A stretch of DNA of 64,000 bases from Amoebidium appalachense (taxonomy: Eukaryota; Protista; Ichthyosporea), in NCBI GenBank assembly GCA_963693365.1, contig CAVNZM010000005.1:10315728-10379727 (forward strand), given 5' to 3'. Positions 18,257 through 60,874 of the stretch are shown here, one piece after another. Numbering within the stretch: position 1 is the stretch's first letter; every line of letters begins with the position of its first letter. The notes below the pieces were generated by a model. It made no database searches, was not told where the DNA came from, and worked only from the letters and a program-made list of their open reading frames with translations. Both the position numbers and the translations under genes were made by a program.

Positions 18257-18360
18257 ATGGCCACATGGCCAGATGGCCAGATCATTTTGCTCACCGTTTT
18301 ATCCCGTTTTATCCACCTTTTTCCACACACTGAATTTGACCTGGCCATCTGGCCATCTGG
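18257..18360. promoter_or_regulatory. Iteron / inverted-repeat module C (TGGCCA)
   Basis: TGGCCA at 18258, 18266, 18274 (8-bp period); 20-bp inverted repeat 18261-18280 vs 18341-18360 with 1 mismatch; short AT-rich tract to the left. Confidence 0.6.
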
Positions 18361-18619
18361 GTAGAGACCGTTTTCTGTTCTAATATTGGAGAACTGTCTG
18401 ATGGTGATAGCAAATGTCATTCGAAGAACAATCGGGAAACCCCGTGGTGTGACAACCAATCAGAATGAAGCAATCTAAAAATGCAAACCACCCGGGTATA
18501 TAAATGCCGATGCAGTCCATACCTTCATCAGTCAGTCGAAGCACACAACAACACAACCAAAAACCAAGTACACCTCCCAGCAAGCGCGCATTTACGCAAA
18601 AGCACAAAAACCCTCAAAA

Positions 18620-19240
18620 ATGGCCGCCAAAATGCTTCTTTCAGCCCTCTCTGTCGCCACCGCCGCCACGCTCGCAGCCGCCCACGGCCAGCCGCCCGAT
18701 TACTGCACCATCAACAGCATCGGCATGCTTCAATACGTCGACTTATCCGTGCAAAATCCCGTAATGAAAAACACGGAGACCCTGCGAGTTTACCCAACGA
18801 CAGTTGGAGATAACTATATGGCGCGGGCGACTATCAATGCTCCCCACAACACAAACGTCACCGCCAGCTACGTTTTCACCCTTACTGACTTGGTGCCCCC
18901 CCACAACGGTTCTGTCCCCTCGTTTTCAGATACCGTTGGCTGGTTGGGCCACAAATATTCGGTTTACAGCATGGGGTTTTGTCTTATGCAGCAAGACTTT
19001 AATACTCTTCTCCCCACTGGAACGGAGTCTTACGAAGATGAACAGCGCCCAAATCCATACACCCTCGCCACGTACACTGTAAAGGATTCTGCACTTAACC
19101 TGAGTGGGTTTGTTTTGTCTATAAACTGGTTTGACCCCATCGAGTTTCCCAACGCCTGTGGCTCTGCTGCCACACATGGCTCTGCCCCTCTTACGCAGTG
19201 CATTGTTCCTGATATGATACTGCCTGCTGAAGACAATTGA
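18620..19240 (+). CDS. Secreted hypothetical protein, intronless
   Basis: Signal peptide MAAKMLLSALSVATAATLAAAHG, 4 Cys, several NxS/T sites; CCAAT (about 18456) and TATATAAA (about 18497) upstream. Confidence 0.85.
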   Translation: MAAKMLLSALSVATAATLAAAHGQPPDYCTINSIGMLQYVDLSVQNPVMKNTETLRVYPTTVGDNYMARATINAPHNTNVTASYVFTLTDLVPPHNGSVPSFSDTVGWLGHKYSVYSMGFCLMQQDFNTLLPTGTESYEDEQRPNPYTLATYTVKDSALNLSGFVLSINWFDPIEFPNACGSAATHGSAPLTQCIVPDMILPAEDN

Positions 19241-19612
19241 GTAACTTGCTGTGTAATACTATGCGGTGGATCCGGAAGGAATTTGAATGTCATCTTTATA
19301 TATATAACTAGATTTTACTCATGATTCAATACTAATTGTTACTGCCATGTGGCATACTGTATTTATGTTGGTCTGTGATCAATTTAGAGATAGAAAACAC
19401 CCTTGTTTATAAATTTACTGTAGTTAATTTACGTAGTTCCCCCCGGCCCCCCCACCCCCCCCAACCACCCACCTGGCTTCCCGCGATATGCACACCACTA
19501 TCCCCCCCCCCCCCCCCCCCCCCCCCCCCGCCGCCGCCCCTCAAAAAAAAGGGGCACTCGTGCGTGCCCTCGGTTGCGAGCATGCACACACACACACAAA
19601 CACAGTCACACA

Positions 19613-19687
<75 letters not shown>

Positions 19688-20270
19688 CACACAACCGGAT
19701 GCCCATACATGTTAAAATCTCATATATCATACCCTCCCGATACGGTATACAGTGTAGACAATAACAACACAGTGGAAATTCCCAGATATATGTATGTGTA
19801 AATGGAATTGTACCACTTTTCAAAACACTCACACAGCCTGAGACACACAACCATGTGCGCACACATCGTCGAGCACACGTGCAAGCGTGGCCCACCTTGA
19901 ATAGATGCACTTGCAATTGGACGGGGCTTTTGGATGTGCAGGAGGGATGGTAAGGGAAAGGAGGGGCAAGTTGGTAGTGGGGTGACGGCGTGAATGCGGC
20001 TTTGGTGGTGGTGGTGGTTGGGGGTGGTGTGTGTGTGGGGGTGGGGGGGGGGGGGGGGGGGGGGGGGAGACGCCGAGTAGGAAGGCGAGGGCAGGGAACG
20101 GACGCCTCACGGGTGGAGGGAGGACGGGGGTCCGTGTTCCGACATTTTTATTTGTATTCATTTTGCTTCCTAGGCAACGGCAAAGCTGAGCCAAATGTCT
20201 GCATGTTGACAAATCTTTATGTAGGAAAATCAAAATATCACTTCATAGCAAGAGACTTATGCCATGATGA

Positions 20271-20456
20271 TGAGTTTTAATATTGACCAATATGTCGGAA
20301 AGTTTTCTCAGTCAAAAACAAAGTCTAATATTGAGTTTTAATATTGACCAAAATGTCGGAACGTTTTCTCAGTCAAAAACAAAGTCTAATATTGAGTTTT
20401 AATATTGACCAAAATGTCGGAAAGTTTTCTCAGTCAAAATTAAAGTCTAATATTGA
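20271..20456 (+). repeat. 61-bp tandem repeat x3
   Basis: TGAGTTTTAATATTGACCAAAATGTCGGAAAGTTTTCTCAGTCAAAAACAAAGTCTAATAT at 20271, 20332 and 20393. Confidence 0.92.
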
Positions 20457-20551
20457 CTCACTTCTAATGTTGATTCAAAGGTTCTAATATTTACCGTGTG
20501 AGCAATTTAAGCAAAATAAAAACGGTTTTAGTGCGTTCTGCAAATAGACAT

Positions 20552-20977
20552 CTACGCCCAGTTCAAGAAAACAGCAGTGCTTGTAACTATCCAACCGGAA
20601 ATCGGCTGCCTTATCACACTACCAGTGCTTGGTTTTTTTGCTCCACCACTCATATCACTGGTAGTGGTGGTGGTGGTGGCAAGAATATCAGTGGTGGTGG
20701 ACATAGGAGGGGTGGGTGTGCTTGTTGTGGGCGAACCGGCGTGTGTGAAGGCGGTAGTGCTATCATCGTGTGAGGGGGTGGTGGTGGCAGGGGAGAGAGA
20801 TATGGAATTGGTGGTTGTTGTGGTGGTAGTGGTGGTTGTGGTAGTGGTGGTTGCTGGCATAGACACCTGGAGGCAACAAGCACGATGAGTTTGACTATGA
20901 TTGATCCGCGCGTAACTACATTGAATAGTTGCTTTGTGAAAAACTAGTCAATTTTTCTCTTCATGGGGTCTGCCAGT

Positions 20978-21071
<94 letters not shown>

Positions 21072-22817
21072 CTGTGTACATGTGTGTGTGGACGGGGGAA
21101 ACGGGGGGCGGGGGGAGGGTGCAGGGAAGGGTAGGAGAAGGATATGGCAATTTCAAACGGTTTTCAAAATTGGTAGGCTCTGTTGGAGAACAGGCAAATA
21201 TCCAGTCTGATCAGTGCCCCCCCCCCCCCCTCCCCCCCCTCCCCCCCCCGGAGGGGGGGGGGGGGGGGCCAGGAGAGCGCACTGGAGCAGAGGCAAAGGT
21301 AAGAAGAAGGGGTGATTGGGGGGGGGGGGAGGGGGGGGGGGGGGGGGGGGGAGGAGGGGGAGTGGGACGGATAAAGGCGGGGAAAAGTGAAAAGGGGGTC
21401 ATAGGAACATGGTTGGGTGGGTAAGTAGCAGTGCTAGTGCACACATTCACACGGCTCATGGGAGAGTGATATGCACCTTCTCAGTTATTCCCTTGGGTGA
21501 CGTCCACACACATGTCTCTGAAGGGCACGCGTTTTCAGTGCACCAATCATCTGTAAGCTCCAGGTATTTGCTCTTGCACACGCGCGAGGACGGTAGCGGA
21601 GTTTTAACGACTGATTGTATCCAATCAAAATGGGCGGATACTTTGTAGAAGACACTGGGGATTTTGGGGTCGGCACACTCGATTCCTGCAAAGTTTACTA
21701 TCCCAATCTGTGGGGAAACGTAAAAAGTCAATTAATGGTAGATTTTTATGAGTATCACGATTATAGGGGACTTGAGATTTAGGCCTAAAAATAGCGTAGT
21801 CTGACCCCCCCCCCCCCCCCCCCCCTCCAAATTGGGGGGGGGGGGGGGGGCAAGGATGAAGCTTTTGCATTGCGTTAACATACTGTATGATCACCTGCTA
21901 CTATGATAGTACCTAATTAGATGCCTATGATCCAACCGGAGGCTTTGAATGATAGAAGTTGAATAAAGACTAGATGGCTATGATCCAACCGGGGGGTTTG
22001 AGTGATAGAGTTGAATTTTCATTCATGTTATGGGCACCCAACATAAGTAAATCACACAAAGTCCTCTTATCAACCCGTGCTACTAATTCTGTAACCGGGG
22101 AGGGGAGAGAGAGGGGGTGCCAGTGATGCTAGGGGATGACGGATGAGGCGGGGTTTGGGAGAGAGAAGAAGGACCCAGAAAAAGAAATTCTATAGTACCT
22201 GCACGTCGTATGTCCCAGGGAGCACCAAAGGTCCACCGCTGTCACCAACACAGTCACCCTGCTTGGGTGTGCGCATGCAAGTTTGATTTTCGAAGATGGA
22301 TACTTTGAAGTAGTATTCTCCATTGTCTAGCATTCTAAACTCGTCGGTGCATTCTCTGTTGAAAGAGAACCTCAGTTAGGTTACAAGTCACATTGCCAGT
22401 GATCTTGAAAACCTCAGTTAGGTTACAAGTCACATTGCCAGTGATCTTGAACCATGTATGTAATAGAACCGGAATAATTTTTTTTAACGATACCTCGACA
22501 TGGGGTTTTAAATTGTTAAACGAAAAAATGGGGCGGGGAGGAAGGGTGGGGAGGTGGGGGGTCATGTTCGTGTGCGTGTGTGTGTGTGTGTGTGTGTGCA
22601 CGTGTGCACATGTGCGTGTGTGTATGTGTGCGCGCGGGTCTACGTAGTTACGTGTGTTTGTGTGGGTGCGTGGGTGAATGCGTGCGTGTGTGTGGGTGCG
22701 TGAGTGGATGTGTAGGCTACCACGGTGTGTGTGTGTATTATTCTGTGTCCCATGTTATGCCGTGACAGAATCTTGTGCCACGAGATTGGGGGGGGGGGGG
22801 GGGGGGGCCAGGGGGCA

Positions 22818-22849
<32 letters not shown>

Positions 22850-24548
22850 AGGTTAATTATTCATTCAATTTCCAATCAAGAGAGCAGCAGCGGCAAAGGA
22901 TGTAATATGTCGGTTTGAACTTACTCCTGCGTGACTTGTGTCATGTTGAGTTCCTTCAATCTCATTGGCCAGGCCGTTTGGCTGTCGATGCTCGTAGTGC
23001 CCCAGCCAAGCACGGTGAATTTTTTGTCTACACCCTCATATCCATCCCCCCACCTACTCAGGGCCATAAACTCCTGAGAGGTGGAGCTTCGTGCAAGACG
23101 TAGAAGGCACAGGTCAGGATAGGACCGTCTGGATGTGTCGTCATCATCGTAGGTTTCTCTTACGGGCGGACAGACGATTTCCTTGATCTGTTGAATGACG
23201 ATTAAAAGGTGTCAGCAATATTATACAGTAAGAAGGAATTACCAAGCTTGGCAGGGTTCACGCGGTGCCACACACTGCAACAAATATTAGAGCCGGTGTA
23301 CACCTTAACAATGTGCGGTTGTATAATCAAGCTGATGTAAGAATATATTGCCCAAGGCCTTGAATATTAATTGCAATTGTGCATGCACCTGCCCCCTTCG
23401 TATTTCGAAGGTTCTGCCATGTCTGCCTAACGGGCTCAGTTTAGAACGTATACGGTATGTAGGTCCCATGGGGCTGGTACCCACCACTATTCAGCGGTAC
23501 TGAATAAGACCTCAAATCAAAAAGGCTCAAACCTTCATATTTCCTGGATCAGCCCGCCTGCCCTGCCCACCAGCCCACCCACCCATCTACCAGCTCACGC
23601 TCAATATACCCCCCCCCCCCCCCCCCCCCCCCCCCACGCATTTCTTCGAGATTTAAAAAATGCCTAAAAGAATTCGGAGGAAGAGTGGAAAATAAGCTGG
23701 TAGAAAGCCTGTCACAGGGAAAACATGAAAGGTTAAACCGATAGCATGAACCGATGCATATCACTAAGTGGAAGTGGGAGTTTACGAAAACAATAACGAA
23801 AAACGAAAGGTTAAACCGATAGCATGAACCGATGCATATCACTAAGTGGAAGTGGGAGTTTACGAAACCAATAACGAAAAACTGTCACCAGAAACTTTAG
23901 GGATCATCGCGTAGACGTACCGGAATAATATCGTATTCGTCTTGGTTGTTGAAAAGATTTCCACCAATGTAGGCCCACAGATACACAGGGGACTTGCTGC
24001 CACGCGGTGAGGTCCTGTTCACGCCAATCGGCTGCCTGTTTTCATCGTACAGCTGCTGAAGATTTGTTCTGCTGTCGACACAGTGGCGCGCAGTCAACAC
24101 CCAGTCAGGCGCAATCAGACTGGCACCCTGTAGCGAGCAAAAATTAATACATTTTTACATGCACGGCAGAATGGTGAAGAATGAAGCATCTGTGATTGTG
24201 ATGTTAGTTAGAGGCACCACATCACCATGCACATACACAGTCATGTCCACGATGTGCGTACGTGTGCACGCACATATAGCCATGGCTCGGACGTGGGCAA
24301 CATATTGATGCATGTTCAAACAAACACAGACTTACACAATGATGCCATGTGTAGTTGACGTGGGGCAGGCTGGTTTCATTCCACGCCTGCTTCAATGCCA
24401 CCATCCATGGAAATGTTGCATTTGTCTCCCTGCCGCCCACAATGCGCCGCTCACGATGGAACACTCTTTCAGGCTCTTCGGCCAGCGTCGGTGCCCCGGC
24501 AGCTGAGGCCAAAAGGACCGAAAAGGCAAATACTGACGAAAACACCAT
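20552..24548 (-). CDS. Secreted S1 (chymotrypsin-fold) serine protease with Cys-rich module, Thr-rich stalk and possible GPI tail; 6 exons
   Basis: Exons 24548-24336, 24127-23921, 23187-22925, 22334-22199, 21707-21477 and 20866-20552, all GT-AG. RR|[32 protein letters not shown]. Confidence 0.93.
22368..22451 (+). repeat. 42-bp tandem duplication (intronic)
   Basis: AACCTCAGTTAGGTTACAAGTCACATTGCCAGTGATCTTGAA x2. Confidence 0.85.
23727..23882 (+). repeat. 78-bp tandem duplication (intronic)
   Basis: GAAAGGTTAAACCGATAGCATGAACCGATGCATATCACTAAGTGGAAGTGGGAGTTTACGAAA.CAATAACGAAAAAC x2. Confidence 0.85.
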
Positions 24549-26108
24549 TTTATGTCTTTTATGCTCCTAAAATTTGAAAATATAAAACAAAAAAAAGTAG
24601 GAATATGGGGCCGTGCACCGTTGCCATATGGCGTGTATGGCAGTGCCGTGCCAAACCGAACTCTTGATGTGTAATGCTTCGAAACAGGTGAAACTTCCGG
24701 AGCGGATGTTTATATACCATCTGGAAGCGGGCTCAAAAATGCAAGCATTGTTACCTAACCAATAGGAGGCATGGTGCACGGGGTCTGAAAGTAAATGTGC
24801 ACCAACGTCAGTAATGTGATAATGCTTATACTAGAGAAATAACATATTGACCCAGTTTCTTTGTTACTTAAAGCTAAATAATTTAAATGTACTTCTAATT
24901 GGCTGATTATATGCTCAAAAGTATCAGGGAATGGTCGTGAAAGCCTATTTAGTGTTGAATGGGGAGTTCGAGCCCGTATTCATTTCCAGCCAGGTCATCA
25001 AAGTTGCTATTGGCCAGATAGCTCATCCAATAAGAACCGGGCATAGATCACCAAATTGAATAACTGAAAACGAACTTGGTTTACGGAACCCAGAAAAAAG
25101 AATACGTAGAGATAGGTCAAAAAACAAGCATGCATGTATTTTTGTATGTGAATATGTATGAGAAAAAACAAGACGACTAGGTTCTGAAATAAATGGAGAC
25201 AGAAACACCCGCATTCCGGGTGTACACCGGGAGTACATGCGCATTCCGGGTGCGTGCCGTGCTAATGAACCAGCGTTTATCGTTAGAACACATGATTGGT
25301 TGACAACAATCCAATACATAGTTGCGTTTTGGGGAAGTAGAACAATAAAAAGGAACACGCCAAAAATATAATACATGACTCAAAGAAAAAATTTAATGTG
25401 TGTCTGCCAATTTTTATTAATAAATAAACATTACCACAAAAACCAGCGTGAGACGTTCACGAGCCTATGATAGATCAGTCACCAGTGTTGTGTCAGTTGT
25501 CCAACAACATCAATATGATTGGTTACCTAATCACAGGGCCGTAGCTCTACATGATGTTTGATCAATAGAAGAGCAGCACCCAGTCATTCATCCCTGATTC
25601 ATCCTCAGCCACGATTCACCTTACAGTCAAAGTGACTTGTCAACACAACGTTGTTGGGAGTTCGGTGTTAGGTAATGTGCTAAACGATGTTCCGTAGTGG
25701 GCGTTGATACTTCAGCACAAAGCACTGTTGTTGTTTTTGTAAGATATGCTGGCAACTGTGCACACTTCTTTGAGGATTAAAAGGTTTGGCAGGGCAAAGA
25801 AGGCTCGCTCAACCGAAAACCTCTGATAGTCTCCCGTGGTAGGTTATACGCAGGGCTACTATACAGTAAGGCTACCGACCGTTTTTTGAGGCCCTGCTTA
25901 CGCCGAAGAACACGTGCATGTTATTTGAGTGATACGCACGCATAAAGTTACACTCTCTTAGGACAGTGAAACCCTGGTTCAAGGGCGGGGTTCTATATAA
26001 ACTGTAGAGTAGGTGGTTCAAAACGGAGGCCTACTCTCTCATGCAACCTCTGTGATTTAACTTGACAATTAGTAGGAGGTCTATGCTTGAAAAACATAGG
26101 TTTTAAAG

Positions 26109-40073
<13,965 letters not shown>

Positions 40074-41444
40074 AGTGGAACGCTGCGCTCCACTTGTGGA
40101 ATGCTGCGCTCCGGCGCATGTGCATGCAGGATGAATGCTCCTTGCGTGCACATGTACAGGCTTGGAGCAAGAACCACACAGGAAAATTTGCCGCATTTTA
40201 AGCTCCCGTATGTACTCACACACACTGATCTACGCACACGAACACACACACACACACACACATACGGACATACACACGTAACACATCCATAGCACACGCC
40301 TGTGACAACGCCCAGATACATACATACATACATACATACGCACACAAACACAAACGCACATGGACCACATTACACCGTTGGTTGAAGAACACACAATTAT
40401 ACACGTACTCGCCCATCAAGCATACACACACGTTGGTAGTTTGAGATAAGTTTTGAAATTTTCGATATCTGCAGATAGGTTTGTTGATTAAGCAATACCG
40501 TCATTGTGTATGTGAGCAATAACGTCATTGTGTATGTCGAAGAGGTGAAAGTAATACCGTGAAATGTTTTTCGCGAATGGTAGTTTCTGAGGCATACAAT
40601 TGATGATCATGCTCTCGAGAAAGATTGTTACACGTACATAAAACTGCATTCCAGTGTTATAAATTTCAGGTTTTCATGTGAACACAAACACAAGCACAAA
40701 TAGGTGTATGGAGAGATACAGCAAGATTCAAAGTTTATCAAAGAAAGCGCATTATCTTTACACGGCAGATTGCACAATTAACGGTATATTACTAGGTTTT
40801 GCAGAGTTCGTGTAGTCTTTCATGTACAAAATGCTTTTCGTGTAAGGAAGTTCGTGTATAATAGCGTGTACTTACTAGATAAAACCCTTTTTGTGCCCAC
40901 GTATGAAAAGCATGACATGTGGCATCTATATGATCAGAACTCCCGTTTTACTGATACCGCTTTAAAGGTTTAGTCTCACAAATCACATCTGTGCTGTGCA
41001 CAGAACTTAAAAGAAACGTGTGAAGGTGGTTTCAGAACCTACTTGCACTGAGGCATGGCAAAATATTTCTTCCATCCACATTAATTGGTCTAGTTACATT
41101 AATTGGTCTAGTTATTCTGGCCAGGGTCGACACCCGTGCATCCCCCCCCCCCCCCCCCCCCCCTTCTTCCCATGCACACAGCTCCCCCACCCCCCTCCCT
41201 CCCCCCCCCCCCTCCCCCCCCCCCTTCTTCCCATGCACACAGCTCCCCCCCCCCCCCCCCCCCCCCCCCCCCTCGGAATGGGCTCTGCTTATCTCTCTGC
41301 TAACAGCTGTGGTTTGCACTCTGCATCGTGTTGTCCGTTTATGTGTACTTTCAATATAGCACATTCAACCCCCCCCCCCCCCCCCCCCCCCCCGGAGCCC
41401 CCCCCTCACAACCACACACACACACACGCACACACACACACGCG

Positions 41445-41492
<48 letters not shown>

Positions 41493-42801
41493 GGCGTCAT
41501 CCTAATTGCAACCTGCCTCACCCTGCTCGGGGCATTCACCACTCCAATTGAAAACGGGTTTCTACAGTTTCCTTATTTGTAGTGCATAGTACATCGTGCA
41601 CATGTACATTCTCATGATCACGTGTATTCACCCATATCCAGTCCACACACACATGATCATGACTCACGTGCCCGTTCTAATACTTCAGCATAATATTATC
41701 AATGCTATTCACACGTGTACGCGTGCTTTAAATTCTCTTGCACACATTCCGAAGTGTACAATGGCAAATGCTCAGTAACCGTGAGGGCGTCACACGTACG
41801 GTGGCCCTTAGACGTCGACAGAGGCACGCATGTAGACACACACAGTCACTATCATATCCATTTGTTTTACTAATAGCTATAGACAGCTGAAGAAGATTTG
41901 TGTGTAGCAAACAAAGGTGCTCGGAGATATGTGCGTGGCTGGAGTGTAGGAGAAGGCATGGGGAACCACGTGCACCGGTATCACCATCTATCTACACTGC
42001 ACACATGTACTGTCCCATGAGCCCTTTGTGCTAACGTCGGTGAACCGGCGTGCTTGCGCCCTTGTGCCGCCTATTTACAGGTTTCTCCCCATGAGATCGA
42101 CTTGCCGTGGCGGGGTATAACCCGGAGTATAACCATCGCATGCATGCATGTGCGCATGCATAAACACGTACATATGCATGCAACACTGGCAGAATCTACA
42201 CATGCGCACATTTACACATATTCCTCCATATCCCAGACCAGATTTTCGATCTTCTTCGGGCTATGTATGGTTATATACATACTGATACTCATGCATTATG
42301 ACACATGCAAAGCGGGCCCTACAAATCAGAAGACAGCAACAATACATGTACACGTGCCTATAACCGAGCAACACACACACACACACGCAAGCACATACAC
42401 TATGACACTCACGCAAAATTCACTCAGTTGCTACTGTTTCACAGACACGTACAGAGAATTCATCGATTCTGCACATTTCATTCAGTAGTATGCTTTATGA
42501 TTGCGGCCATCACGGATGAACCAATCAGGTTTAACTTTATTTTTTAGCTGGTACAACATTCGATCACACTGTCTTTAGGAAATCGCAAGTACACACCACT
42601 CCCACTTGACAGCACTATGGATATTCCCCCCCCCCACCCACCCACCCCACCAAAGGCGCTATGTCCAGGAGTCTCTTATAAGGAACATATGTGTGTTTTC
42701 GAGCAATCACCAATATTCCGGTAACTGCAAGCTACAGTAGGGCGCCCATCCCTGCCCATAATCATTTTGCATCTACAAAACTAAGCAACCCCCCCCCCCT
42801 C

Positions 42802-42841
<40 letters not shown>

Positions 42842-42989
42842 GCGCCCGTCCACACACACACACACACAAAAAAGAAAGAAAGAAAGAAAGAAAGAAAAGG
42901 AAAGGAAAAGGAAGAAAAAAGAAGAGAAAAAAAAGGGAAAGAAAACGAGCGAGGGAGGGGGAAAAGAATAGAAGGCTAAAACCAAACAT

Positions 42990-50542
<7,553 letters not shown>

Positions 50543-51246
50543 GTTCGCTGATTTTTTGGCACAAACTTGCACACCAACTATATAGTAGCTCTAGCTTAAT
50601 CTGTTATTCAAAAAACCAAGATGCGTGGACGCCATAAAAGGACCGTCCAGCTATGAAATACTGAAAGAGACTGTGTGAAACACCCCACCCATGCAACGCA
50701 AATCTCTACACTGCAGTGCTAAGATGACGTCTTGGTGCCGTGTGAACATCACCAAGTCAACCCTGGTGTGCAAGTCACTCTAAATATCAAAGAGCCTCTC
50801 TCCAAATCGTCAGAGATTCGCCCTTGAATGAAATAAAAAATGGCATGCAAAACATGACCATAGACACGCAAACCCTCGGTGATACGACTGAAACTTGGAT
50901 TTGCGGATCGCGAAAGGTGAGTGAGCCGATAGTCTAAAACTGCATACTTATGCCAACCACATGCCCATAAACATACTAGGATTAATGACGTCATGGTAGA
51001 GCCTACCTTTTTGGCGGGAAATTTTTTGAAAGGCTTTTTGACTGCATGCATGCATGCGCAACAAAACAAGCGCAGTAGTCAAATTAACCTTTCACAATCC
51101 TTCACCTTTACTCCTTTATTATATATATCATACTGTGGTTGTGGCCTACAGGAATCCCCCATTTCCTTGTCCGGATAGGCCAGAATCGTTTTCATTGGTG
51201 GTGAACATGGTTTAGCCACCTGGCCGGGAACTAGAAAAACCTAAAA

Positions 51247-58824
<7,578 letters not shown>

Positions 58825-58866
58825 GTGTGTGTGTGTGTAGGGGGGTGGGGGTGGGGGTGTGTGTGT

Positions 58867-58915
<49 letters not shown>

Positions 58916-59113
58916 GAGGGGGGGGAGGCTCACATAGATTAACGATTTTCGTGGTGTGTACAGACATGTGGCAGGTGAAGGTGGGCAGGCGCACTGTAGG
59001 GCACATATAGTGATACAAAAACACGAACATGCACACACACACACATGTATGCATGCTCACGATGACAAGTACACGAACACATGTGTGCTTGTGTGTGCGC
59101 ACACACGCACGTG

Positions 59114-59150
<37 letters not shown>

Positions 59151-59220
59151 ACACACACACATCACACATACACACGTGCAAGATACTATGCATGGTTTTT
59201 TTTTTGTTTTTTTTTTGTGT

Positions 59221-59279
<59 letters not shown>

Positions 59280-59718
59280 TCGGGATGTCTATCTAGCCGG
59301 CCATGTGCGTAAAGCCTGTGTAGAGGCAATAATTATGCAACGGGGAATTTTTTAACTGGTGTTTGATATTGCTATTATTCTGCTACTATTCTGCTAAGTT
59401 GCTATTATTCACCCCACGAGTTGGGTTAAGACAGTATGATAGTATTTTGACTGAAAGCACACTCTCTTTTGGGTGTACATATATATGTCTGCCTATATGT
59501 GGGACTTCGAAAGCACAGTGTGTGTAATTGTCTTGAAGTTCATATACGCCAGAATGGCAAGACACTCTTTATACGTACATGTAGCTCTAGATATATGCGG
59601 TGTGAAAATGCGTAGTTGTGTACTCGTTCTTCGGAAACAAAGATAATGAGACAGATTGCAATTTCCGGAACAAGGCCTACTTACGTTCATTTTAGTGTGT
59701 GCCTCCCCCTCCAGCCCC

Positions 59719-59749
<31 letters not shown>

Positions 59750-60689
59750 AAAAAAAAAAAAGAAAAACACACACACACACACACCACTAGTACCACCACG
59801 GGACCCCCCTCCACACACGCACATGTACAGGCACACACACAAGTACAGAGCTCTTGTAGCTACTCCACCGGTATTCCACCCACCCACACCATATATAGTT
59901 ACACCCCTTTGCCCCCACATGTAGACCTCGAGCACCCAAGCCCAACTCCTCGTAGCTCCCCCAGCCCCTCCTCCTCTACAACCCCCCCCCCCCCCCCCCC
60001 CCCCCTTTTTCTCACGGCTCCTTCCGACCCTCGCGGCCAGCCTCTCATCGTACCTAAAATCATCCAACAGGTACACACGTGCAGTGCATACACAAAAACA
60101 CCACGTATTATGTGACGTACATTAATTATATTTTATAAAGCTACGCCGCAAACTGCAACACAATTAAAACAGATACACGTGTGCGAGACCACATACGACA
60201 TGCATGATATACAGGGGTCGAAAAGTCAATAAAATTATCAGACACTGTCATCTTTAATGTTGTTACTTCATAGCAGCTGTACTTAGACTCGTTTAACATT
60301 TATTATATAATACTGTAAGGTACGGTGTAATTTCAGCGGATCAATCATTCGTTGAAAGGTGCACTACCCCCCCCCCCCCCCCCTCCCCCCCCCCCCCCCC
60401 CTCCCCCGCCCGGCCCCCCTCCCCCCCCCCGCCCCCCGTCAATAGAAAAGAGCCACGAACCGTTAGCAGGAAGCAAGTTACAACGACTAAAAACGAGTTA
60501 ATATGCTTATAATTACTGGACTAGCTTGACCTATATTCTAGGAATGCGTATTGCATTATGATACACACCTTTCGGTCAATAAATGCCATACAAAACTGCA
60601 CAGAGCCAGCAAGAGAGACTTGTTAATTGGGACTAATGAGATAAGAAAAGCACGACGTCTTATCGCGCACACACATTTTTCATGTTTCA

Positions 60690-60874
60690 ATGCCAGAACC
60701 GTTTAGTGGTTTGCCAGCGCGCGAATAATTTGTACCGTGTGCTGCTTACTCCGTGTTTAGATTTTCAGTGTTTTTTAGCTTCCATGCCAGAACCGTTAAG
60801 TGGTTTGTCAGCGCGCGAATAATTTGTACCGTGTGCTGCTTACTCCGTGTTTAGATTTTCAGTGTTTTTTAGCT
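60690..60874 (+). repeat. Tandem duplication of about 94 bp
   Basis: ATGCCAGAACCGTT.AGTGGTTTG.CAGCGCGCGAATAATTTGTACCGTGTGCTGCTTACTCCGTGTTTAGATTTTCAGTGTTTTTTAGCT x2. Confidence 0.9.

Larger units (their letters stand above)
1..18360. mobile_element. Integrated virus-like or giant mobile element island (left boundary outside the window, right boundary approximate)
   Basis: Densely packed, intronless ORFs on both strands with a D5/SF3 helicase, Fic, patatin, PD-(D/E)xK and MYND proteins (families common in NCLDV/Polinton-like elements). Almost none of the (CA)n/poly-C intron DNA that dominates after 19.4 kb. No integrase, capsid or polymerase seen. Confidence 0.7.

Noticed and set aside
1-18360. 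Assignment to Polinton/Maverick, virophage, Starship or NCLDV
   Set aside because: No diagnostic gene (pPolB, integrase, capsid, packaging ATPase, tyrosine recombinase) lies within the window.
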